A stretch of DNA of 64,000 nucleotides. It comes from Trichormus sp. ATA11-4-KO1 (GTDB taxonomy: Bacteria > Cyanobacteriota > Cyanobacteriia > Cyanobacteriales > Nostocaceae). Of this stretch, positions 59,932-64,000 are shown piece by piece (positions within the stretch are counted from its first letter, which is position 1; each line of letters opens with the position of its first letter). The notes below the pieces were generated by a model. It had not been told where the DNA came from. It made no database searches and saw nothing but the letters and a program-made list of their open reading frames with translations. The DNA lies in the NCBI GenBank assembly GCA_019358915.1, contig JAHHIM010000073.1, forward strand, positions 1 through 64,000. The letters run 5' to 3'. A program made the translations under genes and the position numbers.

Positions 59932-62900
59932 ATGAAAACCTTTCTCACTCGCTGGTCGATTAAGCATCCAGTTGTGGTTGCGGCACTGTACATTGCTGTG
60001 CTGGTACTATCTGTGCTGACCTTGGTGCTACTGCCGGTACGAATGATGCCCTATGTAGAAAGTCCTTTAGTGTCGATTATAACAATGGCACCCGGTTCCT
60101 CACCGACGGAAGTAGAAACATACATCAGCAAGCCGATTGAGCAACGGATGACGGTGCTGGACGGGGTGCGGTTCATCCGCTCTAGCTCCCAGCAGGATAT
60201 GTCGCTGGTGACGATTCAATTTGCTTGGGGCGGCGACATCGGTAAAGCAGTGCAGTCGGTGCAGAGCTTAATGACGGCAGCAGAGGGGGATATTGAGCTG
60301 GATGGCTTCAATTCTCGTTCTTACTGGGTATTGCCCATCGATCCGTTAAACCGACCGGTGCTGACCCTGGCACTGCGGGGAGAAGGCTGGAATCCTGTGC
60401 AGTTAAGGGAATTTGCCGACAATACCCTAGTGGATCGGCTGACCCAAGTGCCAAACGTGCAGGCGGTGTCGATCTTTGGCGGCTATCGACGGCAACTTCA
60501 GGTGGTGGTAGATCGGCAGAAACTGGCAGCCTACGGACTATCAATTTTGCAGGTACGGGATGCGATCGATGCAAATAACGTCAGCCAAGGGGCAGGTGTG
60601 CTGACTCTTGGCAACTCGGAAATTTTAGTGCGGGCAGATAAGCGGGCGCTGAGTGCCGCCGATGTGATGGACTATCCGTTGCTGGAACAGGACGGGCAGG
60701 TGGTTTACATTCGCGATGTGGCAACAGTAAAGGACACCTTTGAGGAGCGACGTAGTGGCTACCGCTATAACAAAGAGGCGGCTCTGGCGGTCAATATTAT
60801 TCAGAAGCCCGACTCTAGCTCGCCCAAGGTAATCAAGCAGGTACGCGCAGAACTGGCGCGGATTCAGGCGGAAAATCCCGGACTCACATTTCAGGAAGCC
60901 TATGACAACTCCTATCTGGTCAATATTATTCTCAACAGCACTTTTCAAGAGTTGCTAATCAGCGTGCTGCTGGCGGGGATTGTGATTCTGATTTTCCTAG
61001 AGGATTTTCGAGCCACTGCGATTATCATGATCTCTATCCCCACGTCTCTGGCGCTCTCAACTTTGCCCTTCATCCCCATTGAGATGTCCCTCAATTCCTC
61101 CACGCTGATTGGGATGATGATGGCGATCGGCAAGCTGGTGGATGACTCCATCATTGTGATTGACTCCATTGATCGGAAACTTAGGGAAGGCTTACAGCCT
61201 TTGCAGGCAGCGATTCAGGGTACGGGGGAAGTATTTCTAGCTAGTGCGGCGGCAAGCTGCGTGATGATAGCAGCATTGCTGCCAACCATTTTGGCTGGAG
61301 GGCTGACGGGGCTAATGTTTGTGGGCATTGTTTGGCCAATGGTGTTTGCGTTTATTGCTTCGCTGATTGTGTCGGTGACGCTGATTCCGTTGATTGCGGC
61401 GTTTGTGCTGAAGCCTCCCCAAGCAAAGCGGCGGCAGAGTTGGTTGCGATCGTTGCTGATTCCAGTACGAGTTGGTTTTCAGCGACTAGAACAGGGCTAT
61501 GGCTGGCTGCTTGATCATTGCATGAACAATCGAGAGATTACCCTGGCGATCGCCGGAGTATCTATTGTGTTAGCCGTTGCCCTCTATGCCTTTGTGCCCC
61601 AAGAAATGATGCCCCTAGGGGATTCCGGTCAGTTCATGGCCTCCCTAGAAATGGAGGCGGGCACTTCTTTTGCGATGACGGACGAGAGTACCTACCGCTT
61701 TGAGCAGATTTTGTTAGCCCAGCCCGATGTTGAGAAAGTATCGTCCCAAATCGGCTTTGAGCTGACCCGCAACAGCACCTACTTCAGTGGCTACAGCATG
61801 AATAGCGTCAATGCTGCTTCCCTGATCGTCACCCTCAAAGATCAGCGCAGCCGCGACATCTGGGAAATCATGGACAGCATTGAGGCAGATGCCCATCGCA
61901 CCATTCCCGGACTGCGCCGCATTGCCCTGAAGGAGATGGGAGTAGATGTGATGTCCACCTCCGCCGCTCCCATCCAACTAGCGGTCTATGGTGAAGATTT
62001 GAACACTCTGCACCGTTTAGCTGAAGGCGTGTTACGCATTGCTGAAGACACCCCAGGCTTAGTCATGGCTCAGACCAGTTCGACCCTGACCCAGCCAGAA
62101 TATCAGATAGAGGTGGATCGCCGCCGCGCCGAAGAATTAGGGATGAATGTACGCATGGTAGCAGAACAAGCCCGCTATGCCCTTAACGGCGGCTTTACTC
62201 GCCGTTACTACAACCGCCCCAACCTGCGGCAAAACTCGATCTTGGTGCGCTACGACGAAGCTGATCGCGGTACGCCGGACGACCTGGCAGGCACCTACAT
62301 CACTACTCCCACAGGACAGCAAGTGCCATTGAATACAGTTGCAACTCTGGAACGCCGGAATGGTCCGACTCTGATTGAACACGTCAACGGTAAGCGGGTA
62401 GTGTACATTAACGGTTACTACCGCAAAGATGGACCTGCCTCTATGGATCTGTCTATGGCAGTAGCCATGCGGGCAGGCAGGGATCTGAATTTCCCGCCCG
62501 GTTACGGACTTGACTCGATGGGCGACATGACTGACATGATGATCGAGTTTGAGCGTCTGCTCAAGGGCTTGCTGGTATCACTGATTTTGATCTACCTAAT
62601 TTTGGTGATTCAGTTTGGCTCCTTCATTCAGCCTCTGATTATGATGGGGGCGATACCATTGCAACTTGTCGGTATTTTCGGTGGCCTTATCCTCGCCCAA
62701 CAAACCCTTTCGACGGTTTCGATTCTGGGCATTGTGATTCTGTCAGGATTGTCTCTGTCATCAGCGATTCTGTTGCTGGAACTGGTGTTGGCAAAGCGAG
62801 AAGAAGGAGTCCCCCGCGACATTGCTATTCGCATGGCAGGACCGGTGCGCTTGAAAGCCATCACCATGACCACCCTGACGACGATGATCGTGATTGTGCG

Positions 62901-63087
62901 GCTAGCTTTTTTCCCAGACATTGGTATGGATGCCTACTCACCGATCGCTACAGTTATTCTAGGAGGATTGAGTATTTCTACGCTGCTCACTCTCATTGTT
63001 ATTCCTGTCATGCACTCGGTAGTAGACGATGGAATTCAATTATTTGCCCGTTTACGGAAGAAACCGCAACGTAAAAAACAGGGATAA
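59932..63087 (+). CDS. RND efflux permease (atypical TM4/TM10 motifs)
   Basis: 1051 aa with RND topology; EVETYISKPIE, LVDDSII and RLKAITMTT motifs. Confidence 0.9.
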   Translation: MKTFLTRWSIKHPVVVAALYIAVLVLSVLTLVLLPVRMMPYVESPLVSIITMAPGSSPTEVETYISKPIEQRMTVLDGVRFIRSSSQQDMSLVTIQFAWGGDIGKAVQSVQSLMTAAEGDIELDGFNSRSYWVLPIDPLNRPVLTLALRGEGWNPVQLREFADNTLVDRLTQVPNVQAVSIFGGYRRQLQVVVDRQKLAAYGLSILQVRDAIDANNVSQGAGVLTLGNSEILVRADKRALSAADVMDYPLLEQDGQVVYIRDVATVKDTFEERRSGYRYNKEAALAVNIIQKPDSSSPKVIKQVRAELARIQAENPGLTFQEAYDNSYLVNIILNSTFQELLISVLLAGIVILIFLEDFRATAIIMISIPTSLALSTLPFIPIEMSLNSSTLIGMMMAIGKLVDDSIIVIDSIDRKLREGLQPLQAAIQGTGEVFLASAAASCVMIAALLPTILAGGLTGLMFVGIVWPMVFAFIASLIVSVTLIPLIAAFVLKPPQAKRRQSWLRSLLIPVRVGFQRLEQGYGWLLDHCMNNREITLAIAGVSIVLAVALYAFVPQEMMPLGDSGQFMASLEMEAGTSFAMTDESTYRFEQILLAQPDVEKVSSQIGFELTRNSTYFSGYSMNSVNAASLIVTLKDQRSRDIWEIMDSIEADAHRTIPGLRRIALKEMGVDVMSTSAAPIQLAVYGEDLNTLHRLAEGVLRIAEDTPGLVMAQTSSTLTQPEYQIEVDRRRAEELGMNVRMVAEQARYALNGGFTRRYYNRPNLRQNSILVRYDEADRGTPDDLAGTYITTPTGQQVPLNTVATLERRNGPTLIEHVNGKRVVYINGYYRKDGPASMDLSMAVAMRAGRDLNFPPGYGLDSMGDMTDMMIEFERLLKGLLVSLILIYLILVIQFGSFIQPLIMMGAIPLQLVGIFGGLILAQQTLSTVSILGIVILSGLSLSSAILLLELVLAKREEGVPRDIAIRMAGPVRLKAITMTTLTTMIVIVRLAFFPDIGMDAYSPIATVILGGLSISTLLTLIVIPVMHSVVDDGIQLFARLRKKPQRKKQG

Positions 63088-63155
63088 TTTCAACTCTGGG
63101 GAAATTGATTCAATTTGGAAAGGTTGAGTGCTAAGAAAAAAGTTTTACGAATCTC

Positions 63156-63187
63156 TTGACTCTCTAGTTGACTAGAGAATTTAACAT
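63156..63187 (+). promoter_or_regulatory. Second MerR-type promoter with a 20-bp spacer
   Basis: TTGACT-N20-TAACAT with perfect dyad TCTCTAGT-TG-ACTAGAGA (63161-63178). Confidence 0.85.
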
Positions 63188-63221
63188 AGATTTTAGTAGA
63201 TCAAAAAATTAAGGAGTAACA

Positions 63222-63536
63222 ATGAATATGTCTGCACGTACTAAGAAAATAATAATTCGCTCTACTGTGGCTGGTCTAGCACTGTTCGGGCTGACAGCGA
63301 TTCCAGTGTTTGCACACAATCGTAACCAATCTGAAACATCTTCTGCATCTGAGACAACTTTGGCTCAAGCACAAACAACCCCAACAAAAGCACAGATGAA
63401 CCAAATGATGGAGCGGTGCAACTCCATGATGAGCATGATGCAGAAAATGATGGACAATGGCAATATGCCTGGGATGATGAATGACCAGAACAATAAACCT
63501 GGGCAAGGTACAATGAACCGCACAATGGGACAATAG
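63222..63536 (+). CDS. Small exported Met-rich protein, putative metal binder
   Basis: AAGGAG RBS; signal peptide ending VFA-H; QMNQMMERCNSMMSMMQKMM. Confidence 0.75.
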   Translation: MNMSARTKKIIIRSTVAGLALFGLTAIPVFAHNRNQSETSSASETTLAQAQTTPTKAQMNQMMERCNSMMSMMQKMMDNGNMPGMMNDQNNKPGQGTMNRTMGQ

Positions 63537-63841
63537 TCGCCCTTCAATCTAGATGGATGCCTAAGCCAGGAAGTCACCCCCCTTGAAAAGCTACCGTGTA
63601 TACACAAGTCCACCCTGAGGAAGTTTCCAGCCGAAAAAGATAGATTCAAATTGCCGTAAACGGGGTCAAATGAGCAATGGTACGTGCGACCCGAAGTCGC
63701 ACAGGAGACTAAAGAAGCTTTGACTACCACTGATTGTTCGCCCTTGGCGTTCCCGTTCACGGAGTGTCCCGGAGGGAAGGGTAGACCACCAAATCAAAGA
63801 TTTGGTGGGGGCTTGTACCCTCTTTAATTACGAATTACGAA

Positions 63842-64000
63842 TTACGAGAGACAAACACAGTTTTCTAATTGAGTAAGTAAAGTTTCTCGATCCAGATTTT
63901 GACCAATTAGGACTAATTGATTTTTTGGTTCACCTTTCCATTCATCATCATCTAAGGTAAAGCGCTTACCACAAAGATGGAAAATATGCCGCTTGGGACT
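63842..64000 (-). CDS. CobW/COG0523 GTPase metallochaperone, 3' end (runs off the window)
   Basis: Own translation SPKRHIFHLCGKRFTLDDDEWKGEPKNQLVLIGQNLDRETLLTQLENC matches the CobW C-terminal pattern. Confidence 0.8.
   Translation of the reverse strand, partial: SPKRHIFHLCGKRFTLDDDEWKGEPKNQLVLIGQNLDRETLLTQLENCVCLS

Noticed and set aside
63540..63830. ORF 63365-63760 and structured GC-rich patch as an ncRNA or gene
   Set aside because: Explained by small dispersed repeats and a hairpin (CCACCAAATC-AAA-GATTTGGTGG) between convergent genes; no RNA family recognised.
1..64000. tRNA/rRNA genes
   Set aside because: No cloverleaf or rRNA-like sequence was recognised by eye in the intergenic regions; a tRNAscan/Infernal run would be needed to exclude them formally.

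Overview
A chromosomal window from a heterocyst-forming (Nostocales-type) cyanobacterium. Evidence for this is the abundant HIP1 octamer GCGATCGC, STRR heptamer tracts, a devBCA-like exporter and furC. Positions 1-45.2 kb are mostly core genes: sbpA-cysT-cysW, a delta-9 desaturase, HU, cobD, ycf55, furC, ispD, scpB, an HtrA protease, ispG, ctpC and ilvN. These are interspersed with gene remnants, MITEs and small dispersed repeats. Positions ~45.2-64 kb are a composite metal-resistance region: an nrsD/nreB remnant, aztA-aztR, a Czc/Cus-type RND system, an IS5 scar, a MerR-MFP-RND operon, a Met-rich exported protein and the 3' end of a CobW/COG0523 gene. Four signals stand out. (1) An integrase-less, integron-like cassette array at ~18.5-21.1 kb has two 86-bp attC-type sites with cross-complementary R boxes. 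Its cargo is Uma2, vapBC, a cupin and a HEPN remnant, and it is headed by three 9-7-9 palindromes that could be an undescribed attI-like or recombinase site. (2) A TetR regulator is fused to a catalytically dead tyrosine-recombinase domain, divergent from a desaturase, with two candidate operators. (3) A MerR gene lies downstream of its own 20-bp-spacer promoter and drives an atypical RND pump. (4) Very small mobile repeats are inserted in frame inside vapB (splitting a HIP1 site), cobD and aztA. All assignments come from reading motifs by eye; no database searches were run.
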